Positions 20,903 to 30,168 of a stretch of DNA of 64,000 nt are shown one piece after another. The translations under genes and the position numbers were made by a program. This stretch comes from Candidatus Moraniibacteriota bacterium (GTDB lineage: Bacteria; Patescibacteriota; Minisyncoccia; Moranbacterales; GCA-2747515), in assembly GCA_023133275.1 (NCBI GenBank), contig JAGLWU010000021.1, positions 1,341-65,340 on the forward strand. The letters are read 5' to 3'. Within the stretch, counting starts at the first letter, position 1. Every line of letters begins with the position of its first letter. Below the pieces are notes generated by a model that had not been told where the DNA came from, searched no databases, and saw only the letters and a list, made by a program, of their open reading frames with translations.

Positions 20903-22483
20903 ATGGAAAAACCTAATTTCAAAAAAATGAGCAAATCAAAAATCACTAAAGTAATCGCAATAAGTTTCACTATAATTTTAGCAACTTCAATCATTTGGAA
21001 AATCCTAAATAAAAAAACCACCGAAACAAATATTGATTTATCTTTTGTCCAAAAAGTAGAAAATATCACGCCCCCAACTTTTCCAGATAATGTTTGTAAT
21101 GTTGTTGATTATGAAGCAGTTCCAAATCTTACAAAAACATTAGAAACGGCACAATATTTGTCATCAAAAGAACAATTTGAAAAAATGATAAAAGGAGCTA
21201 AAGAAGGAGAAAAGCAAAATTTTCAAGCATTTCAAAAAGCCGTAGAAGACTGCTCAAATAAAGGTGGCGGGACAGTAAAGATTCCGGCTGGTGAATGGAA
21301 AGTCGGCGGACCAATTCATTTGAAAAGCAATATTAATTTACATTTAGAAGAAAACGCCGTAATTTCATTTTCAAGCAATCCCGATGACTTTTTACCAGTT
21401 GTGAAAACTCGATATGCAGGTTTAGAGCTGTACAACTATTCCCCGATGATTTACGCACTAGATTGTGAAAATATTGCCATCACCGGAAAAGGAACGATCC
21501 GCGGAATTACTGAACCAAATAATTGGAAACCTTTTATAAAAAATAAAAAGAAGGCTGAAAAACGACTTTACAAAATGGCAAATAATAATATTCCGCTTGA
21601 AGAAAGGATTTTTGGAACTGTGGAAGATTCACTGCGACCATCAATGATTCAACCTTACAATTGCAATAATATTTTGATCGAAGGAATAAAAATTGAAGAA
21701 GGTCCGATGTGGACACTCCATGTACTTTACACAAATAATTTAATTATTCGTGATTTAAATATTGAAACAAGAAGCACAAACAACGACGGAATTGTTATAG
21801 ATTCCTCAACAAATGTTTTGATTGAAAATAATAATTTAGCGACTGGCGATGATGCGATTGCCATAAAATCTGGAAAAGATAGAGACGGCTGGCGAGTTGG
21901 AAAACCGTCAGAAAATATTGTAATCAGAAATAATAAAGTTACCGAAGCTCATGCTGGTGTAGCGATTGGTAGCGAGATGTCTGGTGATGTACGAAATGTT
22001 TTGATTGAAAATTTGAATGTTGAACAGGCTGATCGTGGCATTAGAATTAAAAGTCGAGTTGGGCGTGGTGGCACTGTAGAAAATATTCTTGTTCAAAATA
22101 GTATTATTAAAAATTCCGGAAGAAAAGAACCCCTTCAAATTAATTTTGATTACGGATCAAAATCTACCCAACCAAAAACTAAGAAAAAACCTGAAATTCG
22201 AAATGTCGAATTTAGAAATATTGAAATTGATAGTGATGCAGAAAATGCTATTGAAATTGTTGGACTTAAAAATCAAATGTCTTCTATTTTATTTAAAGAT
22301 ATTGAAATTAAAAATACTAATCAATTTGTAAGAGTTGATAATGCTGAATTTATTAAATTTGAAAATATTACTGGCGTTTTTTTCAAAATGAAGAATTCTG
22401 CCAATCTTGAAATTGTGAATGATGCTTGTCCAAAAGTTGAACAGGGAAAATCTGAAAATATTATTATTGACTGTAAAAAATAA
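20903..22483 (+). CDS. Membrane-anchored GH28-like beta-helix glycoside hydrolase, paralog 2
   Basis: Colinear with 4256..5833 (CSNKGGGTVKIPAGEW; NNDGIVIDSS; TGDDAIAIKSG; AHAGVAIGSEMSGDVRNV; RIKS). N-terminal TM. Confidence 0.75.
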   Translation: MEKPNFKKMSKSKITKVIAISFTIILATSIIWKILNKKTTETNIDLSFVQKVENITPPTFPDNVCNVVDYEAVPNLTKTLETAQYLSSKEQFEKMIKGAKEGEKQNFQAFQKAVEDCSNKGGGTVKIPAGEWKVGGPIHLKSNINLHLEENAVISFSSNPDDFLPVVKTRYAGLELYNYSPMIYALDCENIAITGKGTIRGITEPNNWKPFIKNKKKAEKRLYKMANNNIPLEERIFGTVEDSLRPSMIQPYNCNNILIEGIKIEEGPMWTLHVLYTNNLIIRDLNIETRSTNNDGIVIDSSTNVLIENNNLATGDDAIAIKSGKDRDGWRVGKPSENIVIRNNKVTEAHAGVAIGSEMSGDVRNVLIENLNVEQADRGIRIKSRVGRGGTVENILVQNSIIKNSGRKEPLQINFDYGSKSTQPKTKKKPEIRNVEFRNIEIDSDAENAIEIVGLKNQMSSILFKDIEIKNTNQFVRVDNAEFIKFENITGVFFKMKNSANLEIVNDACPKVEQGKSENIIIDCKK

Positions 22484-22637
22484 AGTTTAATTAAAATTTT
22501 AAAAATATAGATTTTAACAAAAAGTCTGAAACTAAAAAAATTATAAACTTATCAAAAAAGTTTTTAAATAAACTAATATTCCCCATCAAATTATCTTATT
22601 GATTGCAGAAAAATTTATTGGATTTTCTAAATTAAAT

Positions 22638-24443
22638 TTATTCAACTTTGTAAATCAAAAAAGAAGTTCCAACTTGAGCAATCGGTTTATACTTTAAAGT
22701 CCAACGATAAGAATTATCATCTGACAGTTCCGAATTATAAATAGAGCCTTGAAGATGATTCACAGAAATAGCATAGTAACCTTTTTCAATCGGACGTTTA
22801 GAATCCCACCACTCAATAAATCTATCCTCGCCTAATCTATTACTTGGTCGATCACCACCAAAATAATGCACATGAATTTTATCAATTTCAGGATGTTCAT
22901 TTAAATATTTTTCAAGTCGTTTCAAGTCTTGCCCCCAATCAGCATTCGAATCAGTCATAATTTTATAACCATTTTTCGGACCGCCAACTGTTTGATTAAA
23001 ATAAGAAATATAATAAGGATAAGCCCAAATCACCTCAGTAATCATTAGCGAAATCATAGCAATAAAAACATAACGAATAGCAATAATTCCCTTTCCATTG
23101 ATTAACTTACTATAAATATTTACACAAACTCTGGCGGTAATTAAATAAATTAAAGGCATTATCGGAAATAAATGACGAAAACCAATATTTAAATTTCCCG
23201 TGATTGAAATGTAAAGATAAAAAATAATAAATAAAATAAGAGAAATTTCGGTAAAATTATGTAAGATATATTTTCGTCCGCCACTCAATGATTTTGTAAT
23301 TTTTTGCGAAAAAAGTTTTAAAATATCTTGATAAATTAAAATCAAGAAAGTGCTAATGGCAAAAACATAAAAGAAAAGATGAAATAATGTCTGTTTTGTT
23401 ATAAAAGCAACAGGAAAATAAGTAGGAAAAGATTGGTTAGCAACTTGTCCCATAAAATATGCACCATTGCCTCCAGCTACTCTATTTTTTACATACATAA
23501 CGCCGTACACATAAGTTCCCAACGATCGAGTAAGTGAATTTTTGTTTGTTAAAATTATAAAATTAAATGCTTGTTGATCAATAATTCCATCATCAGGATT
23601 TATTTTTGCGGGTGTGAGAGTGGAGAGAACTTCCGTCGGCATATTGTAAGTAAATGGAATATAAGTAAGCCAAATTACAAAAAATATAGTAAATCCTATC
23701 AAAATACTTTTCTTAAAATAATTCAAAATAAAACGAAATTTGTGATTTTCTATTTCAAATAATTTAAAAATTATAAAAGTAATCAGTAATAATACAAAAA
23801 ATATAACAAGAAGTATTGCTGAAAATTTTGTAATTTGGGCGATTCCTAGAGTGAGTCCAGTCAAGAAAGCATTTTTCCAGCTAGGATGCCGAACGAAAGA
23901 TAAAAAGAAATAAAAAGCAAAAACCATTGCAGCTGCAATTCCGATGTCAGTGGTAACTAAATGATTATGTCCTAAAATATTTGGATCGAAAACACAAAGC
24001 AAAAGTGCAAAAATCCCTGTGGCTGTTCCGCCAATTTTTTTACCCCATTGAAAAAGTAGAAGAGCAAGTCCGATTGAAATTAAAATAATTGGCAAACGAG
24101 CGAAAAAAGTAATTTGATCGACATTATTTCCTACTTCGTGAAGGAGGTGATGTCCGGCTTGCCATTGTTTGTATTCTCCCCACTGATTAGTTTCGTTCCA
24201 TAAATTTTGGCTAGTTTCAAAGTTTAAATTTAAAAATAATAATGGAATTCCTGAAAGAACTTTGACTAATGGTGGATGTTCAGGATTTAATCGGTAGTCG
24301 AATTCTGAAACGTAACTGTATCCAGCGGGAATGTGAGCGACTTCATCAAAAGTTAGTGAATCGTCGTTGGCTAATTTTACTGAAACGATTGTTAAAAAAA
24401 GTATTGCGAGAGTGATAATTATTTTATAATGCTTAGTGAACAT
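22638..24443 (-). CDS. GT39-type (protein O-mannosyltransferase-like) GT-C membrane glycosyltransferase
   Basis: Loop-1 motif TFDEVAHIPAGYSY matches the PMT FDEVH signature. Polytopic, with a C-terminal soluble domain. Start moved to the internal ATG (MFTKHYKIII...). The longer extension would overlap the neighbouring gene and its terminator. Confidence 0.7.
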   Translation of the reverse strand: MFTKHYKIIITLAILFLTIVSVKLANDDSLTFDEVAHIPAGYSYVSEFDYRLNPEHPPLVKVLSGIPLLFLNLNFETSQNLWNETNQWGEYKQWQAGHHLLHEVGNNVDQITFFARLPIILISIGLALLLFQWGKKIGGTATGIFALLLCVFDPNILGHNHLVTTDIGIAAAMVFAFYFFLSFVRHPSWKNAFLTGLTLGIAQITKFSAILLVIFFVLLLITFIIFKLFEIENHKFRFILNYFKKSILIGFTIFFVIWLTYIPFTYNMPTEVLSTLTPAKINPDDGIIDQQAFNFIILTNKNSLTRSLGTYVYGVMYVKNRVAGGNGAYFMGQVANQSFPTYFPVAFITKQTLFHLFFYVFAISTFLILIYQDILKLFSQKITKSLSGGRKYILHNFTEISLILFIIFYLYISITGNLNIGFRHLFPIMPLIYLITARVCVNIYSKLINGKGIIAIRYVFIAMISLMITEVIWAYPYYISYFNQTVGGPKNGYKIMTDSNADWGQDLKRLEKYLNEHPEIDKIHVHYFGGDRPSNRLGEDRFIEWWDSKRPIEKGYYAISVNHLQGSIYNSELSDDNSYRWTLKYKPIAQVGTSFLIYKVE

Positions 24444-24507
24444 ATTTTTGTTATTTTTTATTTTGTTAGTTTTAATTTGTAATTTAATTATAACATTGTT
24501 TTTTGTA

Positions 24508-24552
24508 AAAATAAAAATCCGTGCCAGCGATGGTTCCGCCAGCACAGATTTT
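24508..24552 (-). terminator. Rho-independent terminator of the zinc-ribbon gene
   Basis: On the minus-strand RNA the stem is CUGUGCUGGCGG-AACCAU-CGCUGGCACGG (with G-U pairs), followed by AUUUUUAUUUUU. Confidence 0.5.
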
Positions 24553-24747
24553 TTACCATATTTCTTCATTCCCATCTTCTGCGTTTACGCTACGTTTACG
24601 TTCATAACATACAGGACATATTTTTGTTTGAGGGATTTCTCCTCCCAAAAATATTCCCTCACATTTAGGACAAGTATAACTCGTAGCAGGTAACTCCTGA
24701 AAATACCCCCACCAAGTTACAGTCTCGCCTTTTTTATTTTTATACAA
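24553..24747 (-). CDS. Small zinc-ribbon protein
   Basis: CPKC...x17...CPVC. TTG start preceded by AGGAGA 8 nt upstream. Own terminator downstream. Confidence 0.5.
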   Translation of the reverse strand: MYKNKKGETVTWWGYFQELPATSYTCPKCEGIFLGGEIPQTKICPVCYERKRSVNAEDGNEEIW

Positions 24748-25051
24748 AATTTTATCTCCTATAATTTATAAATAAAAAAACATAAACAAAAAAACCGATC
24801 GATATCGGCTTATATTTACTAACAAGAAGTTTTAAAAAAGTATTTTTACAAACAAAAACAAGCCGACCTCTGATATGATCGCCACCACCAAACTTGTTTA
24901 TCAATTGTCTGTTTATTCAAATTCATAATACCATCATACACAACAAAAAAAATCTCGTCAACCCAACATAAACAAAAAAAGACTGATCTCCCGCTTGAGA
25001 CCAGCCTATTTTTACCAATAAAAAACAATAATCATTTTTTACAAACAACCT

Positions 25052-25378
25052 CTAGCCCCTACTAAAAACTAATCTCTCCAATTTAATCATTCTTTTTTCA
25101 AGAGCATTAAACTCATCTCGATCAACCTTTTCCGACAATTTATGTTTAATCTCAGTAACATCTTCCTGCAAAACATCAACCTTCTCTTCAACATTACCCA
25201 ATCTATCTTTTACTTCCACCATATCAGTTTTTAAAATTGAAACATCTTTTTCAATATTATTCAAATGTCTATTAGTTATATCATTCTGATCAAAAGCAAG
25301 CTGAACTGTGCTAGTTAAAGCTTCAATCATAGATCCAACTTCATCAATATTATAAGTTTTTTTATTTTCTTTTTTCAT
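25052..25378 (-). CDS. Small coiled-coil protein, hypothetical
   Basis: 108 aa. Heptad-rich with charged residues. No motif. Confidence 0.4.
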   Translation of the reverse strand: MKKENKKTYNIDEVGSMIEALTSTVQLAFDQNDITNRHLNNIEKDVSILKTDMVEVKDRLGNVEEKVDVLQEDVTEIKHKLSEKVDRDEFNALEKRMIKLERLVFSRG

Positions 25379-25527
25379 ATCTTTATTATAAAATATCTTA
25401 TAACTTATTTTATTTTCTCTTATGCTTATAATATACCTCTAATTAAAATAAAAGTCAAAAAAATAAAAGTAAATTTTAAAAATCTACTTTTATTTTCACA
25501 TTTCAATTGTATCTTTTTTACAAAAAA

Positions 25528-26559
25528 CTAAATTAAATGAGCTTTAATCATCAAACGCCTATCATTCGTACCAAGTGGCCAACAAGTCGTCAACGTCAAA
25601 ACCTGCAATTGAGTATTAGCAAAGATACGCGGATCATCATCATTAACTTCAAGCTTTTCACTCACCTCATATTCATAATTAAAAGTCTTTCCATTTTTTT
25701 GCGTAACCGTAAGCGTAATTTTATCACCAACATTTAAATTATTTAAATTTTGAAAAATAAAATTATAACTTCCTGCTGACCAAGAATAATTACTACTGTG
25801 CCCTGCAATGTAAGTATTTCCACGTTGACCCGGCATCGCTGTTTTCGGATAATGAACAACGCCACCCTCCAAATCTTTTTGCAAAGCATCCTCTGAACCA
25901 TCATTCGATAAAATCACAGGAGCATCAATACCAATTTTTTTAATTTTAATTTCCACTTTTGGACGTACAGTACCCAAAGCCACTGGATCATAACCATTTT
26001 CAATTTCAGTTAAATCATCGTAACCATCACCGTCTGTATCAGCTTTATTTGGATCAGTGCCATGAGCTTTTTCCAAATCATTACTCAAACCATCATTATC
26101 AAAATCATCTTCATTACGATTTTCGTCATCCAATTTTACAGTTAAACTTTCACTAGATTTTTCATCTTTAACTATTTGAGCATCATCTAATTTTCCATCT
26201 CCAGTTGGAGAATTTCCATTAACAATTTCTTCGCCATCTTTATACCCATCGCCGTCAGTGTCGTCGCTAAATGGATTGGTTAAATATAAATATTCTTGTT
26301 CCAAAGTTAATCCATCATTATCTGCATCAGCCTGTGCGTCTTCCATTGAACTAATTGAAATTTGATAACGATCTAACCAATACGGTGAAATACCAAAATT
26401 TTGTTCAGCTAATTTATCCATCAGTTGAGTTGTCGTTATAGTTGTTTTTTTGTCTGTTTTCATCAAATTCTGCATCCGAGTGATTCCGCCTCCGAAAATA
26501 AAATACATTAAACTGAATACTATGATGAAAATTATAATTGTTGGTAAATATTTTTTCAT
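25528..26559 (-). CDS. Sortase-family transpeptidase with N-terminal TM and thrombospondin-type-3-like Ca-binding repeats
   Basis: C-terminal sortase fold with His (YIAGHSS), Cys (LTLTTCWP) and Arg (RRLMIKA). Upstream region carries DADNDGLTLEQEY, DDTDGDGYKDGEEI and DFDNDGLSNDLE...DTDGDGYDDLTEIENGYDP repeats. Confidence 0.75.
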   Translation of the reverse strand: MKKYLPTIIIFIIVFSLMYFIFGGGITRMQNLMKTDKKTTITTTQLMDKLAEQNFGISPYWLDRYQISISSMEDAQADADNDGLTLEQEYLYLTNPFSDDTDGDGYKDGEEIVNGNSPTGDGKLDDAQIVKDEKSSESLTVKLDDENRNEDDFDNDGLSNDLEKAHGTDPNKADTDGDGYDDLTEIENGYDPVALGTVRPKVEIKIKKIGIDAPVILSNDGSEDALQKDLEGGVVHYPKTAMPGQRGNTYIAGHSSNYSWSAGSYNFIFQNLNNLNVGDKITLTVTQKNGKTFNYEYEVSEKLEVNDDDPRIFANTQLQVLTLTTCWPLGTNDRRLMIKAHLI

Positions 26560-26748
26560 TTAAAATAGTTATTGGTTTTTTAATACTAACCGTAAACTAT
26601 AGCATTTTAAATGTTGTTTGTCAATAGGTGTATAATTTTAGTTTCATCTCGCTATCATTATGCTCGAAATACTAATATAAAAAGTTTTTAAGAAATCTGC
26701 TTAACTAAATTACAATTTTTTTGTCAAAGAAAATTTTTAGATTTTTTT

Positions 26749-26930
26749 GTGCTCGTCGCACGGGCTTTTGAGGTTTGCCAATGGCAAACCACTACAGATT
26801 TTTAAACTCCCTCAGACATATCATTCCAGAAAATAACTTTATAATAAAATGGAAAAATTATTTATCCGAAATCTATATTTTAAGATTTAAGAAAATTTAA
26901 AGCATAACATTCTTTCAGAATAACACACTA
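26749..26930. repeat. Mosaic palindromic intergenic repeat element (modules A+F+C+D), copy R1
   Basis: GTGCTCGTCGCACGGGC (26749-26765). Palindrome GGTTTGCCAATGGCAAACC (26772-26790). ATTTATCCGAAATCTATATTTTAAGATTTAAGAAAATTTAAA (a near-identical copy is at 45568-45609). CATTCTTTCAGAATAACAC. Confidence 0.8.
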
Positions 26931-27008
26931 AAAAAATTTTGAAAAATCACAATCACTACCAAATATCTCAAATAAAGAAATTGAAAATAGTTAAGTCAAT
27001 GATCAAAT

Positions 27009-28157
27009 TTATTCCTCTTTTTTAAAAGTCAAAAGAAAAAGCCCAACAATTATTGCTCCCACGAAAATAATCAAAGTCATTGGCAACCAAGAATGTCTTG
27101 CAAAAAATCGATTTTCTTCTTCATCGCAAACATCTCCAATGCCGTCGACATCTTCATCTTTCTGATAACGATTTGGATTATTTGGACAATTGTCATCAGG
27201 ATTCAAAACCCCATCACGATCAAAATCATCACACGCATCTCCCCGATCATTTCCATCAATATCCTTCTGATTTTCATTAGCAATTAAAACGCAATTATCA
27301 ATTTCATCTGAAATACCATCCTCGTCAGAATCCGCTTTTTTGTAAATAGAATTTAAATTAATGGTAACATTATTAATTTTCAAAATATCTTTATTACTTC
27401 GCAAATTTGGCATTTCACCAGTTTCAACTTTTGTATAAATATCCGCATTGTAATAAATACTGTAAGACTTTTCAGAATAAGCTAAAAACCTAACAGATTT
27501 ATTAACTTGCTGTAAATCAGTCGGATTAAAACTTATTTCTCTAATTCGCAAAGGTTGCGAGTACTCTAATTCAATCTTAAAATCTTTTGCAAATACTTTT
27601 GGAAAATTAATTGTACTAGATTTCATCGGAGATTTAGCAAAAATAATTTTTTCAGCTTGACTTTCCTTGTCGTAAATAGAAATTTTAATCGTCTTTGGTA
27701 AAGCAACATATTTGTCAAAATTAAAAGTCAATGAAAAAGTTGAGACATTCTTGTCCGCAGAAATATTTATAGAAACTTTACTAATTTGTCCATCATCAGA
27801 AACAGAATATTCTTCAAAAGTATCTTTATTCTCATCCACTAATTGTGAATCATATTTACTTTTAAAATTAACTTTTTTAACTTCGCTTTTGGAAATAACT
27901 AAACTTGGCACAAATGAATTATCTGAATCATCCACTGTTGCCACGCTATTTAAAATTTCTTTTTCAAAATTTATCGGAACTTCTACCACTGTTGGCACTT
28001 TGATATTTTGTTTTGAAACACTTATTACAGATTGAAAAGATTCTAACGAATTTTCCTCCACTTTTTTATCATTAACATCACTTTTTTTATTTTCAGCTAA
28101 AACCAATGAACTGAAACTAAAAAATATCAACAAAAAACCTAAAAAAATTTTATTCAT
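27009..28157 (-). CDS. Secreted thrombospondin type 3 repeat (Ca-binding) protein with C-terminal LPMTL + hydrophobic + KKEE anchor
   Basis: Signal peptide. C-terminal DSDEDGISDEIDNC...DIDGNDRGDACDDFDRDGVLNPDDNCPNNPNRYQKDEDVDGIGDVCD (TSP3 DxDxDGxxDxxDNC repeats). Ends WLPMTLIIFVGAIIVGLFLLTFKKEE. Confidence 0.65.
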   Translation of the reverse strand: MNKIFLGFLLIFFSFSSLVLAENKKSDVNDKKVEENSLESFQSVISVSKQNIKVPTVVEVPINFEKEILNSVATVDDSDNSFVPSLVISKSEVKKVNFKSKYDSQLVDENKDTFEEYSVSDDGQISKVSINISADKNVSTFSLTFNFDKYVALPKTIKISIYDKESQAEKIIFAKSPMKSSTINFPKVFAKDFKIELEYSQPLRIREISFNPTDLQQVNKSVRFLAYSEKSYSIYYNADIYTKVETGEMPNLRSNKDILKINNVTINLNSIYKKADSDEDGISDEIDNCVLIANENQKDIDGNDRGDACDDFDRDGVLNPDDNCPNNPNRYQKDEDVDGIGDVCDEEENRFFARHSWLPMTLIIFVGAIIVGLFLLTFKKEE

Positions 28158-28198
28158 AAAAACGTAAATTTAAATTTTATAGCTACACAAATTTTTAT

Positions 28199-30076
28199 TT
28201 ATTTCTTTTTTCTCTCCAAAAAAACTGTGCTAATCAATAATCCACCGACAATAAATAATGTGATAATTCTCTGCACAATATCCATCTCCCAAAATTCCAC
28301 AAAGAATACTCGGGCAATCACAATTGCAAACAATAAATCTCCCACAATTCTCAAAGCCATATTACCACCTGTCTTTCCAACAACATAAAAATAAATTCCA
28401 ACTAAAGTATAAATAATCAAAGAAATCATTATGGCGATTTCAGTATTTATGTTAAAAGATAGACAAATTAAATGTGCCACGATCCAAACTAAAACAGTCG
28501 CATACATTCCTCCAATCGCCAAAAATGTTCGCAAAACAAATCTTTGTTCGATAGAAATTGACTTATTTTTTCTGGCTGAAAAATATAATATACTAATTCC
28601 AATTAAAAACGTTGCCAAACAAATATAAAATACTACAAATAAATTTTCAGAATTATTTAAATGACTACTTACAGTAGGTGTTGGTTCTTTAATTACAGCT
28701 ATATATTCAAACAATTCTGCAACATTGATTAAAGACATCACCGCTGGAATTCCAAAAATTAAAACGCTGGAAAAATTAATTGAAGGCAACTTTTTACTAA
28801 ATGATAAAGCTATCCAAAAGATAATTACTAACGTAAATTCTGTAATCAAAGCAATAGTTAATGCAAAACCTTCTAATTCAATTGCTGTTGCCGTTGCTAA
28901 TAAAGTTAACGAAACAACTGAATACATTGAAACAGGATGACGTGAAGCGGAAAATTTGTATAAAACGAAAGAACCAACTGCGAAAATAAATGCTCCCAGC
29001 AAAACAAACATACTTATCAAATCTTTAGGAGCTACCATGCCCATCCACATCAAGAATAATAAACCCGTCCCAGCTGAAACAAATAAGTCAGCAAAAGTAA
29101 TTTTTTTGGATGACATTAAAGCAACTACGTTTGCAAAATAGAAAACTGCTGTAAATATAAAAGAAAAAACTAAATTGATAGTATCCCTGTCAAATCCTTT
29201 AACTACATAAAAAATCAAAGAATAAATAGTTACTACAAAAAGTGAAATCACTGTTAAAGTTCGCCACTTAGTTTTATAAACTGTCCATAAAGTTCCTGAA
29301 GTCAAAACGAAAAGATAAAGAAAAAATGTATTTATTTCAATCTTACCTAAAACAAAAACCGGAACGATTGCCCCTAAAAGATAAGTTACCACGCCGAAAG
29401 AAAGATTTTTTTGTTTCATCGACATAGCTGCTAAAAATGTCACCACTAAAAGTGAAACTACAAGTGCCGCCTCCACAGGAAAAAGCTCATAAATTACTAC
29501 ACCTGAAATATTTGCCACTAAAACAGAAATGCCTCCGACAATCATTAATACATTTCCTTGGACTTTACTTTTGAACGAACGAAATGCTCCGATAATTAAA
29601 AGTACAATTCCAAAAAGCAATCCTAGAAAAATCCTTCCCTCTGGACTAATCCAATCATTTCGAAAAGTGTAAGACACAAACCAACCGATTGCCGAAATTA
29701 CCAAAAAAGCCCCGACTTTCATTGGCCAATCTTTCGCCAGCCAAATGAAAAACTTTGTGATAAAATCTTCTTCATATTTTTTCTCCACAAAATTATTTTC
29801 AGTTTCAAGACTCTTTTTAAGATTTTGTTGGATTTCGTGATATTCATCTTTTCCCTCATTAAATCCATCGCTAGAAATTGGTCGAGAAAGAAAACCTTTT
29901 TCAATATTAACGGGCTTCGTGAAATCTGAAATATTTTTAGTAGACATTTTACTTTCCGCAAAATTTTTTGCTTGTTTTTTAATTAAACTTTCTAGCTTAT
30001 CTATTCTGTTATTTAAATTAGTATAAATTATGATTATCATTACACTAACCATAATTACCAATATTACTCCAATCAT
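28199..30076 (-). CDS. Large polytopic membrane protein with N-terminal coiled coil (DUF2339-like?)
   Basis: 625 aa. TM1, then a coiled coil (NRIDKLESLIKKQAKN), then about 16 TM helices. Family assignment from memory only. Confidence 0.35.
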   Translation of the reverse strand: MIGVILVIMVSVMIIIIYTNLNNRIDKLESLIKKQAKNFAESKMSTKNISDFTKPVNIEKGFLSRPISSDGFNEGKDEYHEIQQNLKKSLETENNFVEKKYEEDFITKFFIWLAKDWPMKVGAFLVISAIGWFVSYTFRNDWISPEGRIFLGLLFGIVLLIIGAFRSFKSKVQGNVLMIVGGISVLVANISGVVIYELFPVEAALVVSLLVVTFLAAMSMKQKNLSFGVVTYLLGAIVPVFVLGKIEINTFFLYLFVLTSGTLWTVYKTKWRTLTVISLFVVTIYSLIFYVVKGFDRDTINLVFSFIFTAVFYFANVVALMSSKKITFADLFVSAGTGLLFLMWMGMVAPKDLISMFVLLGAFIFAVGSFVLYKFSASRHPVSMYSVVSLTLLATATAIELEGFALTIALITEFTLVIIFWIALSFSKKLPSINFSSVLIFGIPAVMSLINVAELFEYIAVIKEPTPTVSSHLNNSENLFVVFYICLATFLIGISILYFSARKNKSISIEQRFVLRTFLAIGGMYATVLVWIVAHLICLSFNINTEIAIMISLIIYTLVGIYFYVVGKTGGNMALRIVGDLLFAIVIARVFFVEFWEMDIVQRIITLFIVGGLLISTVFLERKKK

Positions 30077-30168
30077 ATTTTGTTATTTATTATAATTAAA
30101 TTTTTTTATACTGTTCATCACACACTTAAAATGATTTAAAAAAACATACAAAAATAAAATTTAAAAAA

